Below, in pieces: positions 35,527 through 43,984 of a stretch of 64,000 nucleotides of DNA (positions are counted from its first letter, which is position 1; each line of letters opens with the position of its first letter). The position numbers were made by a program, and so were the translations under genes. Source of the DNA: Chthoniobacterales bacterium (GTDB lineage Bacteria; Verrucomicrobiota; Verrucomicrobiia; Chthoniobacterales; UBA10450); NCBI GenBank assembly GCA_046593335.1, contig JBKJNW010000042.1, positions 439 through 64,438 of the forward strand. Reading direction: 5' to 3'. A model generated the notes under the pieces. That model was not told where the DNA came from. It made no database searches and saw only the letters and a program-made list of their open reading frames with translations.

Positions 35527-37896
35527 TCATTCCGGCCGTCCGCGCCCGTGAGTGGAATCGCGCAACGGGATGCCCTGTTGATAAAGCATCAGATCCGCCT
35601 GGAGCAATTGCGCGACGGCCGGCTGTCCTTCCGTTTCGGCGCGCTGCGCACCGTCCGTCGCGGTCTCAATCGCCTTCGGGTATTGACCGGTCTCGGCATA
35701 GGCCGCGGCGAGGACGCGGAAAACCATCGGGTTGCTTCCGGCCGCAGCGCGGAAAGCTTTTTGCGCGAGTTGGAGAGCTTCCTCACCATGACGAACTTCA
35801 GTTTCGGGCGAAGTGGCAAGAACCCAGGCCAGACTGAGTTCGGTCGCCACGCGATCTGGCTGGAGCCGGAGCGTCTCGCGCCATTCCCGCACCGCCTCGG
35901 CGAGGCGTCCTTGGGCGTGGAGGGCAACGGCCAGATTGTTGTGCATCTCCGCGTTGCCGGGCTGGAGGCGCAACACCTCCTGCCATTCCGCCATCGCTTC
36001 GGATGCCTTGCCCAGTTTGAGCAGAGCGATGGCGAGATTGTTCTGCGCGTCGACCTTCTGCGGCTCCAGTTGGAGCGTTTTCCGGAACTCCGCGATCGCT
36101 TCCTCGAGCTGATCGTCGCGCTGCAGGGCGATCGCGAGGTTGTAATGCGCCGCGACATTTTTGCGGTCGGCGGCGATCGCCTTCTGGAAATAGGGAATGG
36201 CGGCTTTCGGATCGCCGGTTTCCAGATAGGCGTTGCCGATACTGTAGGCGGCGTCGGAATCTCCCGGCCGAATCCGGAGCGCCTCACGAAATTGGGCCAG
36301 ACTTTTCTCGCGGTCGCCGCTTTGGTAGAGCGCCTTGCCCAGGTTGCGGTGCATCTCACTGTCGTTAGGCCGGGCGGTCAGGACGGAGCGGTAGAGTTCG
36401 ATCGCTTCGGGGTATTCCTTCTTCCGCAGAAGCGCGTTGGCCAGGTTGGTCATGCCATTGGCTTCGCGCGGCCGAATCCGCAGCGCCGCGCGATCGTGCG
36501 CGATCGCTTCGTCCACCTGGCCTAACCGGAGCAGTTCACTGCCCAGGCCGCGCTCGGCGACGTCGTTCTCGGAGGTGACGGCGAGAGTATGTCGCCAGAG
36601 ACGAACGGAGCTCGACCAGTAATCCACTTGTCGCCAGGAAAGCGCGATGAGCAGAGCGATGACGGTGGCGGCGACCGTTCCCAGGATCCATTTTCGCTTC
36701 CGCCAGGAGGCACTTAATTCCGCGACGCCCCAGACGAGCGCGAGATAGATACCAATCTGCGGAAGATAGGTATAACGATCCGCGTGAGCCTGCACCCCCA
36801 CCTGCACCAGGCCAATCACAGGCACGAGCATGCCGAGATACCAGAGCCAGCCCGTGATGAGATATGGATGCCGCCGGCGAGCAGAAAAGACCGCAAACAA
36901 AACCGCGAGGAGGGCAAGCAGGCATAGGCCAACCAACCACAGAGACAAGCTGCCCTTCGGATGCGGATAAAACGGCGTCAGATGTGCGGGCCAGAACATC
37001 TGGCGCAGATAGACCCAAACCGTCACCAACGCGTTCTCCACCCTCCAGCTTAGCGGCAAGCCCTGCGCGGCATTCAGAGCCTGTTCCTGGGAAAAAATCG
37101 TTGCGACCGAAATCGCGATAGCCAGGAGGAGGAGAGGAGCCTTCTCCAAGAGGAGCCACGGGATCGTTCTGGCGGCTGGTCTTTCCTCTATCTCGTTCCC
37201 AGTCCAGTTCGGGGAAAAAGAACAGCGCCTGAGCGGCCAGTAATCGAGGACCAGGAGCAGGCAGGGGAATGTTACCAGCATCGACTTGGAGAGAAGTCCG
37301 AGAGTGAGCGCGGCTACGACGAGAAGATAGAGGCGGAGTCGTGGCGGCTTCTGCGCATAACGAGAGTAAGCCCAGAGCCCGAGCATGAAGAAAACTCCGC
37401 TCAAGACATCCTTGCGCTCGGAAATCCAGACGACCGATTCGGCGCGCAAGGGATGGATGGCAAAGAGCGCGGCGACCAGCGCGCTCCGCCAGACTGCGCC
37501 GGTCATGGAGCGTAGGGCTAAGAAGAGCAGCAGGACCGCAACCGAGTGCAGGGCGACGTTGACGCCGTGATAACCGCCGGGGTTAAGCCCGAAGATCTGC
37601 GCGTCGAGCATGAGCGAAAGCGACGTCAGTGGATGCCAGTTGCCGACCAGGGAGTGAGTAAATGCCCTCTCGATGCCGGCGCGGGTCAGGCCATCGCTGA
37701 TCCAGTGGTTCTGATAGACGTAGAAGCTGTCGTCGTAGTTGAAAAAATCGTAGCCGAGGGACCGGCCGAAGATCAGGAAGGTGATCGCGACCAGCCCGAA
37801 ACAGATGGCTGGAGTCGTCCAGGAACGCCGCGCCTTGGGCGGCGGCGGCGGCGGGCTCGCGCGTTTTTTCTTCGGGCGCTTCTTTCCCCGACTCAT
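35527..37896 (-). CDS. TMTC-like GT-C membrane glycosyltransferase fused to C-terminal TPR repeats
   Basis: The N-terminal ~430 aa are polytopic, with a FFNYDDSFYVYQNHWI loop (DUF1736/PMT-like). The C-terminal ~350 aa consist of about 10 TPR units. Confidence 0.7.
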   Translation of the reverse strand: MSRGKKRPKKKRASPPPPPPKARRSWTTPAICFGLVAITFLIFGRSLGYDFFNYDDSFYVYQNHWISDGLTRAGIERAFTHSLVGNWHPLTSLSLMLDAQIFGLNPGGYHGVNVALHSVAVLLLFLALRSMTGAVWRSALVAALFAIHPLRAESVVWISERKDVLSGVFFMLGLWAYSRYAQKPPRLRLYLLVVAALTLGLLSKSMLVTFPCLLLVLDYWPLRRCSFSPNWTGNEIEERPAARTIPWLLLEKAPLLLLAIAISVATIFSQEQALNAAQGLPLSWRVENALVTVWVYLRQMFWPAHLTPFYPHPKGSLSLWLVGLCLLALLAVLFAVFSARRRHPYLITGWLWYLGMLVPVIGLVQVGVQAHADRYTYLPQIGIYLALVWGVAELSASWRKRKWILGTVAATVIALLIALSWRQVDYWSSSVRLWRHTLAVTSENDVAERGLGSELLRLGQVDEAIAHDRAALRIRPREANGMTNLANALLRKKEYPEAIELYRSVLTARPNDSEMHRNLGKALYQSGDREKSLAQFREALRIRPGDSDAAYSIGNAYLETGDPKAAIPYFQKAIAADRKNVAAHYNLAIALQRDDQLEEAIAEFRKTLQLEPQKVDAQNNLAIALLKLGKASEAMAEWQEVLRLQPGNAEMHNNLAVALHAQGRLAEAVREWRETLRLQPDRVATELSLAWVLATSPETEVRHGEEALQLAQKAFRAAAGSNPMVFRVLAAAYAETGQYPKAIETATDGAQRAETEGQPAVAQLLQADLMLYQQGIPLRDSTHGRGRPE

Positions 37897-38615
37897 CGCC
37901 CGAGAGTCTGCCAGCGTGATTTCACCGCGGTCGCGAGACAGCCGAGGCCGTAGCGCAGGCTGGCGTTGAAGCCGATCGAGGAGGCTTCCGGGAAATATTT
38001 TGTCGGACAGCTAATTTCGCCGATTGGCTCACCGAGCGCGATGACTTGGGCCAGGATCTGGTTGTCGAAAATGAAGTCATCGGAGTTTTGTTCGAGCGGC
38101 AGGCGCTGGAGCAGAGTGCGCGAAAACGCGCGATAGCCGGTGTGATACTCCGAGAGCTTGGCCCCGAGGAGAAGGTTTTCGATCAGGGTAAGGAAACGGT
38201 TCGAGACATATTTCCACCACGGCATTCCGCCGCGCAACGCGCCGCCGCCAAGGATGCGGGAAGCGAGCACACAGGAATAGAGTCCACTGGTCACGAGTGA
38301 TGCCATCGCCGGAATAAGCGCCGGCGTGTACTGATAGTCAGGATGAATCATGATGACCACATCGGCCCCAGCGGCGAGGGCAAGCCGGTAACAGGTCTTC
38401 TGGTTGGCGCCATATCCGCGATTCTGCGGATGGACTTCGACCTGCACGTTTGGCAGAGCACGCGCCATGGCTGCGGTTTCATCCTTGCTCGCGTCGTCTA
38501 CCAGAATGACGCGATCGACGATGCCGTGCGCCATGACTTCATCATAAGTCTGGCGCAAAGTCCGGGCAGCGTTGTAGGCCGGCATCACGACAACAATTTT
38601 TTGGCCGTGGAGCAT
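37893..38615 (-). CDS. family-2 glycosyltransferase (polyprenyl-phosphate sugar synthase-like)
   Basis: VVVMPAYNAARTL.., LVDDASKDET.., HPDYQY. Stop overlaps the start of the GT-C/TPR gene (ATGA). Confidence 0.85.
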   Translation of the reverse strand: MLHGQKIVVVMPAYNAARTLRQTYDEVMAHGIVDRVILVDDASKDETAAMARALPNVQVEVHPQNRGYGANQKTCYRLALAAGADVVIMIHPDYQYTPALIPAMASLVTSGLYSCVLASRILGGGALRGGMPWWKYVSNRFLTLIENLLLGAKLSEYHTGYRAFSRTLLQRLPLEQNSDDFIFDNQILAQVIALGEPIGEISCPTKYFPEASSIGFNASLRYGLGCLATAVKSRWQTLGR

Positions 38616-38618
38616 GCC

Positions 38619-39650
38619 TTAATTCGGTGAGGAGTTAGCCGGTCCAGCGTCCGCGAGCAGGAGCGCGAGGGCGCGACGGTGGGGAGACGGAAGAGGAAGG
38701 CGCGCCAGAGCCTGCTCCGGAAACCAGCGCTGCTTTTCGTTAGGCTGATCCATTGGCGGACGATCGAAAACGGCCAGGGTGACGCGGTGATGGGTAAACG
38801 GGAAATCGATTTTCAAGACCGGATCTTCTTTGGGGAGCCAGGCGAGGCGCGGCAGAATCCACATTCCTCGCCAGCGGTCGCTCGATTGTTCAAGCAGGAT
38901 GCGATTGCTCCGGCGCGTGAAGGCATGCGGCTCAAAGAGCTCGACGGTGCTGGGCCGCTTTCGTTTCACCGGCAACAAATCCGGTTGCTCAGCCTGGCAA
39001 AAGCGGCGGACCGGACATTCGACGCAGCGCGGCTGGCGCGGCACGCAGACGAGAGCGCCGAGGTCCATCAGGGCGGAATTGTGTTCCCGGGCGCCTCTGC
39101 GGGGAAGAAGCGAAGCCGCCGTCTGCCAGAGATGAGCCTGGCCGGCGCTGGAATCAATCGGGGCCTGCCAGTTCGTCAGGCGCGCGAGGACGCGCGCGAT
39201 ATTGGCCTCGACCACTGGCGCCGGGAGGTCGAAGGCAAAACTGGCAATCGCGCCCGCCGTGTAGCGACCGACCCCGGGGAGCCGCGCGATCTCGGCCACC
39301 GCGGCCGGGAGCTGGCCGCGGAAGTTTTGCCTAACGAATTTCGCGGCGGCGTGGAAGTTGCGGGCCCGGGCGTAATATCCCAACCCCTGCCAGGCATGCA
39401 GGACTTCCGATTCTTTCGCCCGGGCGAGCGCACTAAAGTCGGGAAAGCGCGCCAGCCAGCGCTCGTAATAAGGAATGACGGTCGCGACTTGCGTCTGTTG
39501 CAGCATGATTTCTGAGACCAGGATGGCGTAGGGATCGCGGGTGCGACGCCATGGCAAGTCCCGGCCCCGGCGCCGGAACCAGCGCTGCAGGCTGCGGCGG
39601 AATGGGCGTGGGTCTGGCGATGTTTCAGACGGATCAACTGGTCCTGGCAT
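38619..39650 (-). CDS. mutY: A/G-specific adenine DNA glycosylase
   Basis: HhH-GPD core (PYAILVSEIMLQQTQV, LPGVGRYTAGAI), Fe-S cluster CVPRQPRCVECPVRRFC, and a C-terminal NUDIX-like domain. Confidence 0.9.
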   Translation of the reverse strand: MPGPVDPSETSPDPRPFRRSLQRWFRRRGRDLPWRRTRDPYAILVSEIMLQQTQVATVIPYYERWLARFPDFSALARAKESEVLHAWQGLGYYARARNFHAAAKFVRQNFRGQLPAAVAEIARLPGVGRYTAGAIASFAFDLPAPVVEANIARVLARLTNWQAPIDSSAGQAHLWQTAASLLPRRGAREHNSALMDLGALVCVPRQPRCVECPVRRFCQAEQPDLLPVKRKRPSTVELFEPHAFTRRSNRILLEQSSDRWRGMWILPRLAWLPKEDPVLKIDFPFTHHRVTLAVFDRPPMDQPNEKQRWFPEQALARLPLPSPHRRALALLLADAGPANSSPN

Positions 39651-40296
39651 GCGTCCGGCAATGATGCCACGAGTACGCAAATCCCCAAGCGGCGAGCGCG
39701 AGAATCGAGCTGACGAAGAGCAGGCCAAAGGCAGACTCGCTCAGAAAAATCTCCGCCCCGAGCAGGACGAGCGCCCCGAAAAACATCAGGCGCCCGCCGA
39801 GACGATGGGTCGCACGCCGGGTTTCGGGATTCTCCAAGGTCCAGGGCGTACGGATGCCGACGAAATAGTTGGGCCGCATATTGCCCAGATAATTTCCCAG
39901 GATGGCGAAGAAGAGGAGGAGACAGGTCATCATGACCCGGCCAACCGGAACGTTTCGGCCTAACGATACCAACATTTGCACGAGAAAAATCGTATCGAGC
40001 AGGACAAGCGTCGCGAGCCGCACAATCGGCATCACGGCCGGCATCAGCCCTTCTTCACCGGGGGTCCGGCGCAGTTTGGGATCGAACCAGGGCAGAATGC
40101 GCAGGAGCGCCGCAAGGCCGAGGGCCATGAGCGGGACGATGAGAATCCCGGGCACCTTCGACATCCAGCCATTGATCTGGCCACGGAGATCCCAATGCGT
40201 GGGCACCCGTGCCGGCAGATCGTTCCAATAAAACGCGAGCGCGATAAACGGCGCTGCGAGCAAGACAACTTCCAGCCAACCAAGTTTCGTTTTCAT
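39634..40296 (-). CDS. sdpI: SdpI-family membrane protein (DUF1648 + SdpI immunity-like)
   Basis: N-terminus ..AFYWNDLPARVPTHWDLRGQINGW (DUF1648), then SdpI-type TM helices. Coupled (ATGA) to an SdpR/ArsR regulator. Confidence 0.75.
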   Translation of the reverse strand: MKTKLGWLEVVLLAAPFIALAFYWNDLPARVPTHWDLRGQINGWMSKVPGILIVPLMALGLAALLRILPWFDPKLRRTPGEEGLMPAVMPIVRLATLVLLDTIFLVQMLVSLGRNVPVGRVMMTCLLLFFAILGNYLGNMRPNYFVGIRTPWTLENPETRRATHRLGGRLMFFGALVLLGAEIFLSESAFGLLFVSSILALAAWGFAYSWHHCRTHARTS

Positions 40297-40562
40297 TTTC
40301 TTTTTCCTTTCTTGAGCAGGTCGAGGATCCAGCCTAACGAATCGTCGAGGACCGTGGTTTCGAGTGAATAAGTCACGAACTGACCTTTCTTCCGGGAGGA
40401 GACGAGCTGGGCGTGACGGAGAAGATCGAGGTGATAGGAAATGCTCGGGGCGGTCATGGAAAAGGCCTCGGCGATCTGGCCGGCGGTCAGGTCGCGTTCC
40501 TTCAGCATCTCGAGGATGCGGCGGCGGGTCGGATCGCGGAGGGCTTTAAAGAGAAGGTTCAA
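40293..40562 (-). CDS. sdpR: ArsR/SdpR-family winged-helix transcriptional repressor
   Basis: FKALRDPTRRRILEMLKERDLTAGQIAEAFSMTAPSISYHLDLLRHAQLV. Confidence 0.85.
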   Translation of the reverse strand: MNLLFKALRDPTRRRILEMLKERDLTAGQIAEAFSMTAPSISYHLDLLRHAQLVSSRKKGQFVTYSLETTVLDDSLGWILDLLKKGKRK

Positions 40563-40640
40563 TGAATGGATAATTAGTTAAATATCTAAATATAGCAAGA
40601 GTCTTTTTAGGTCGCTGACGCGAACGAAGGAGGGATTACG

Positions 40641-40800
40641 CGAAGTGGACAGGGATCTCGGAGTGGACAGGATCTCGGAGCGGGCGTTTTGGATCACTCG
40701 GAGTGGACCGGGATCTCTCACGGGCGCTTCGGAGTAATTGGAGTCGACAGAGGATCCCTCACGGCGCTTTGGAGCACTTGGAGTCGACAGAGGATCTCTC
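40641..40800. repeat. five direct copies of a ~20-nt unit GGAGT(G/C)GAC(A/C)G(A/G)GGATC(T/C)CTC, the last three in ~40-bp tandem register
   Basis: Copies start near 40641, 40660, 40699, 40739 and 40779. A weaker sixth match (GGCAGAGGATCTCGGG) lies near 40991. Confidence 0.7.
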
Positions 40801-40869
40801 TGGGTAGGTGGGATCACTAGTGCTGCGTCTGCGGTAAAGTGAAGGAAAATTAAATGGTATGTGCTTCGT

Positions 40870-40941
40870 TGTAGCGGCGGTCTGTGAGCGCCGAATCTTC
40901 GCTCCGTTCCACGCCTCGGCGGTCACAAACCGCCGCTACAG
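40870..40941. repeat. 17-bp inverted repeat (one mismatch) with a ~38-nt loop in a non-coding region
   Basis: GTAGCGGCGGTCTGTGA pairs with TCACAAACCGCCGCTAC. Confidence 0.6.
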
Positions 40942-41126
40942 AGCGGGGTCAGACACTTTTCGATCACTTCACGAGTGACTAAGCACCAGTAGGCAGAGGA
41001 TCTCGGGCGGGGCAGAGTCCCAAGTAAATACCCCCACGCGCGGCGCTCGAGACGGGCGCAACTTGGCTGCGGACAAAATTTCTCGCCTCCGCTGGCGAGC
41101 GATGATCTCGTGGGGAACCCTGCCAC

Positions 41127-42089
41127 ATGCCCGTGCCGCCTTTAACCACCTACACCGCGCCGCTCACGAACGAGCAGGTGAAAGCGTTGCGCGCACTGCT
41201 TGACAGTTCCGGTTTCGAGTTTTCGCCGAAGCCTTATACAATCTATTTCGGGCAGAAGAATAAGCTCAGCGTCGCGGTTTACGAAAAGGGGCCAAAGGTC
41301 CTCCTGCAGGGCAAAGGAATCGACGACTTCGTCAGTTTCGAACTGGAACCGAAAATTCTGGGCGAAGCGCGCCTCGGCTACGAGGAAGTACACACGCCGG
41401 AAATGTTTGAGCCCCATTTTGGGATCGACGAGAGCGGCAAGGGCGACTTTTTCGGCCCGCTCGTGATCGCGGGAGCGTTTACCGACCGCGCGATTGCGCG
41501 GCGCTTTTTGGAAAACGGAATCCAGGACAGCAAACGGATCGGATCCGACGCCAAGATCCGTGCCCTGGCCAAAATGATTCGCGAGACTCCGGGGATCGCG
41601 CTCGACGTCGTGCAGATCGGGCCGGAGCGCTACAATGATCTCTACGAAAAATTCGGCAATCTCAACAGCCTCCTCGGCTGGGGTCATGCCCGAGTGATTG
41701 AGAACCTGCTCGCAAAAAAACCGGAGTGCCCGCGCGCGCTTTCCGATAAATTTGCCGACGCCCGCGTGATCGAGAAGGCGCTCCTGCAGCATGGCCAGCA
41801 CATTCAGCTCGAGCAACGGACCAAGGCGGAGTCGGATTTCGCGGTCGCGGCCGCCTCGATCCTGGCGCGGGAATCTTTTATCGATTGGCTGGAACGCGCT
41901 GGGAAGCAGAGCGGGCTGACGTTAGGCCGGGGAGTCTCGGCCCCGATCAAGGAAACCGCCCGCCGGATCGTGGAGCGAGAAGGACCGGAGGGTTTACGCC
42001 GTTTCGCCAAGGTCCACTTCCGCACCGCGCACGAAATCGCGCCGGATTATTTCGCCGCCCCGGCCCCGCGGCGGGAGTGGCGAAAATAG
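41127..42089 (+). CDS. rnhC: ribonuclease HIII
   Basis: N-terminal TBP-like/DUF3378 domain, then an RNase HII/HIII core with GIDESGKGDFFGPLVIAG. Confidence 0.85.
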   Translation: MPVPPLTTYTAPLTNEQVKALRALLDSSGFEFSPKPYTIYFGQKNKLSVAVYEKGPKVLLQGKGIDDFVSFELEPKILGEARLGYEEVHTPEMFEPHFGIDESGKGDFFGPLVIAGAFTDRAIARRFLENGIQDSKRIGSDAKIRALAKMIRETPGIALDVVQIGPERYNDLYEKFGNLNSLLGWGHARVIENLLAKKPECPRALSDKFADARVIEKALLQHGQHIQLEQRTKAESDFAVAAASILARESFIDWLERAGKQSGLTLGRGVSAPIKETARRIVEREGPEGLRRFAKVHFRTAHEIAPDYFAAPAPRREWRK

Positions 42090-42163
42090 CCGAATCTCCC
42101 GCCGATTCATCGGCGCCGGTGCGGGATCGCGGCAAGCTTCCTGCTCTTTGTGCCTCACTTCCG

Positions 42164-42904
42164 GTGGACACACGACTGCTCATACTCAACGCCGAGCCCG
42201 TTTTCCAGGATCGCATCCTGACCATGATCGACCCCATGCCCAGGGTGGAGACGCGCATTGTGCGGAGTCTGGCTGAAGCGGTCTACATTCTGATGCGGGA
42301 AGATTTTGACCTTTTCATTGTCGAAGGTGAAACGCCGGTCGCGATCGAGCAGGCAATCCATACCCGGCAGCATTTCCCCTCGCTCGAGATCGTGGCGCTG
42401 ACGGAGGACGAAGCGGCCCCGACTCTGCGCCAGGAAGCGAGCAACCAGAATGTCGAATTGGTCACGACAGATTGCAGCGATCGTCGGCTGAGCGCCCGGC
42501 TGCGCGCCTTGGTGGCGGCGTTTGAAAGAACCTCCGGCCCGGCTGCGGAAGGGATCGATCCCTGCCATTCGCTGGTCGGCAATCTCAATCAATTTTCGGC
42601 GGCCGAGATTCTACAAATGAGCTGCCTGAGCCAGCGCAGCGGGCGGTTTACTTTTAAATCGGGCCGCGGCAACAGCGAAATTTACCTGCATCACGGGATG
42701 GTTCGCCACGCCGCCTATGGCTCGATCGAAGGCGAGGCCGCGGTGGCGGAGATCTTCCGCTGGCGGCAGGGCCGGTTCTTTTTCGAAGAAGGCATCATTA
42801 GCCAAATCCAGACGGTCAACCGTCCTTGGACCCACCTCCTGATCGATAATCTACAAAAACTCGACGAGACCATGCACATGGTCAGCGTCGCCGCGCAAAG
42901 ATGA
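42164..42904 (+). CDS. DUF4388 (PATAN-type) domain protein with a degenerate receiver-like N-terminal domain
   Basis: GNLNQFSAAEILQMSCLSQRSGRFTF..GEAAVAEIFRWRQGRFFF is the DUF4388 signature. The N-terminal LLILNAEP..DLFIVEG..EIVALT is receiver-like. GTG start at 42164 is inferred. Confidence 0.7.
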   Translation: MDTRLLILNAEPVFQDRILTMIDPMPRVETRIVRSLAEAVYILMREDFDLFIVEGETPVAIEQAIHTRQHFPSLEIVALTEDEAAPTLRQEASNQNVELVTTDCSDRRLSARLRALVAAFERTSGPAAEGIDPCHSLVGNLNQFSAAEILQMSCLSQRSGRFTFKSGRGNSEIYLHHGMVRHAAYGSIEGEAAVAEIFRWRQGRFFFEEGIISQIQTVNRPWTHLLIDNLQKLDETMHMVSVAAQR

Positions 42905-43335
42905 GAGACACAAGCCTCGAGACGCAGCTCCGGCTGCTCACTCTGCAAACCGAAAGCTGGAAAAAGCTGCACGATTTCATCACCTACGCGCTGGACAAGT
43001 CGAAGCCGATCATCTCGCCCGAGCAGGAAAGCCAGTTCACCGATGTGCGGTCGATCCTGCTCCAGGAGAGCGAGCATATTTTCAGCGAATTGAACCTGGT
43101 CGCGGAGCTCTCCGGCAAAGCGATGAACGTGCTGCAACGCGCTTCCTCACTTCGCGGTGTGCGCGAACTTTCCGGCGACGAAACGCGCCGGCTCGAATCG
43201 GATTGGAACGCAGTCTTCACCAAGGTCGGCGTCGTCCAGGGACAGCTCAAAGCGCGCCGCCGGGAGTTGCTCGGCCGCAGTGCCTTCTTCCAGGCGTTGA
43301 GCAGTATTTTCGGGCGCAAGGCGGCCGCCCGGTAG
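42901..43335 (+). CDS. hypothetical helical protein, translationally coupled to the DUF4388 gene
   Basis: 144-aa ORF. Its start overlaps the upstream stop (ATGA). No family recognised. Confidence 0.55.
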   Translation: MRDTSLETQLRLLTLQTESWKKLHDFITYALDKSKPIISPEQESQFTDVRSILLQESEHIFSELNLVAELSGKAMNVLQRASSLRGVRELSGDETRRLESDWNAVFTKVGVVQGQLKARRRELLGRSAFFQALSSIFGRKAAAR

Positions 43336-43459
43336 GCCGGGTCCAGTCGAACTCGTTTCCAGACAGGCCTTTCCGGGTATCGGGCTTTCACGGCCCCCGC
43401 GGAGATATTTCGGAATTTCATCCGCTCACCTCGTGGTCGACAGACGATTCCGGTACACC

Positions 43460-43834
43460 ATGAGTAAGCTCACAAAACGCGATATCGTCGTGTCGATCAG
43501 CAATCAGACGGGCATGGTGCAGCATCAGGTTTTTGACGTGGTTCAGCGCACGCTCGACCACATCACCGACAGCCTGGCGCGCAATGTGGCCGTGGAGTTA
43601 CGGAATTTCGGGGTCTTCCAGCCGCGGCTAACCAAGCCCCGCGTCGGACGCAATCCCAACCAACCGGGAAGCAGTTTCGTCATTCCCCCACGGGCGACGG
43701 TGAAGTTCAAAGCCGGCAAAATCATGCGCCAGCGAGTGGAAAAACTTTCCCGGGAAATGAAGGAAGCGGCCGACCGCGCCAACGCCAATGGGTCCGATGC
43801 CTCGGGCAAGGCGGAGAGAACAACAGTCGCCTGA
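43460..43834 (+). CDS. HU/IHF-family DNA-binding protein with a charged C-terminal extension
   Basis: LTKRDIVVSISNQTG..VELRNFGVFQPRLTKPRVGRNPNQPGSSFVIPPRATVKFKAG. Confidence 0.85.
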   Translation: MSKLTKRDIVVSISNQTGMVQHQVFDVVQRTLDHITDSLARNVAVELRNFGVFQPRLTKPRVGRNPNQPGSSFVIPPRATVKFKAGKIMRQRVEKLSREMKEAADRANANGSDASGKAERTTVA

Positions 43835-43984
43835 GGCGTCTTTGGCTCGCTTCCCCTCGCTGGGGCCTGCACGATCAGGCAAAGTTGCTCCCGGAAATAA
43901 TATCCGCGCGCCGGAAAGTTTTTCCGGAATGAGCGAATCCGCTTTGTGCCAGTCGCACGATTGAGCTAAGACAACCCACTTCTT

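Noticed and set aside
40641-40800. Direct repeats considered as a small CRISPR array.
   Set aside because: The repeat units are degenerate. Spacing is irregular (18, 39, 40, 40 nt), and the 'spacers' are themselves repeated. No cas genes or leader are present in the window.
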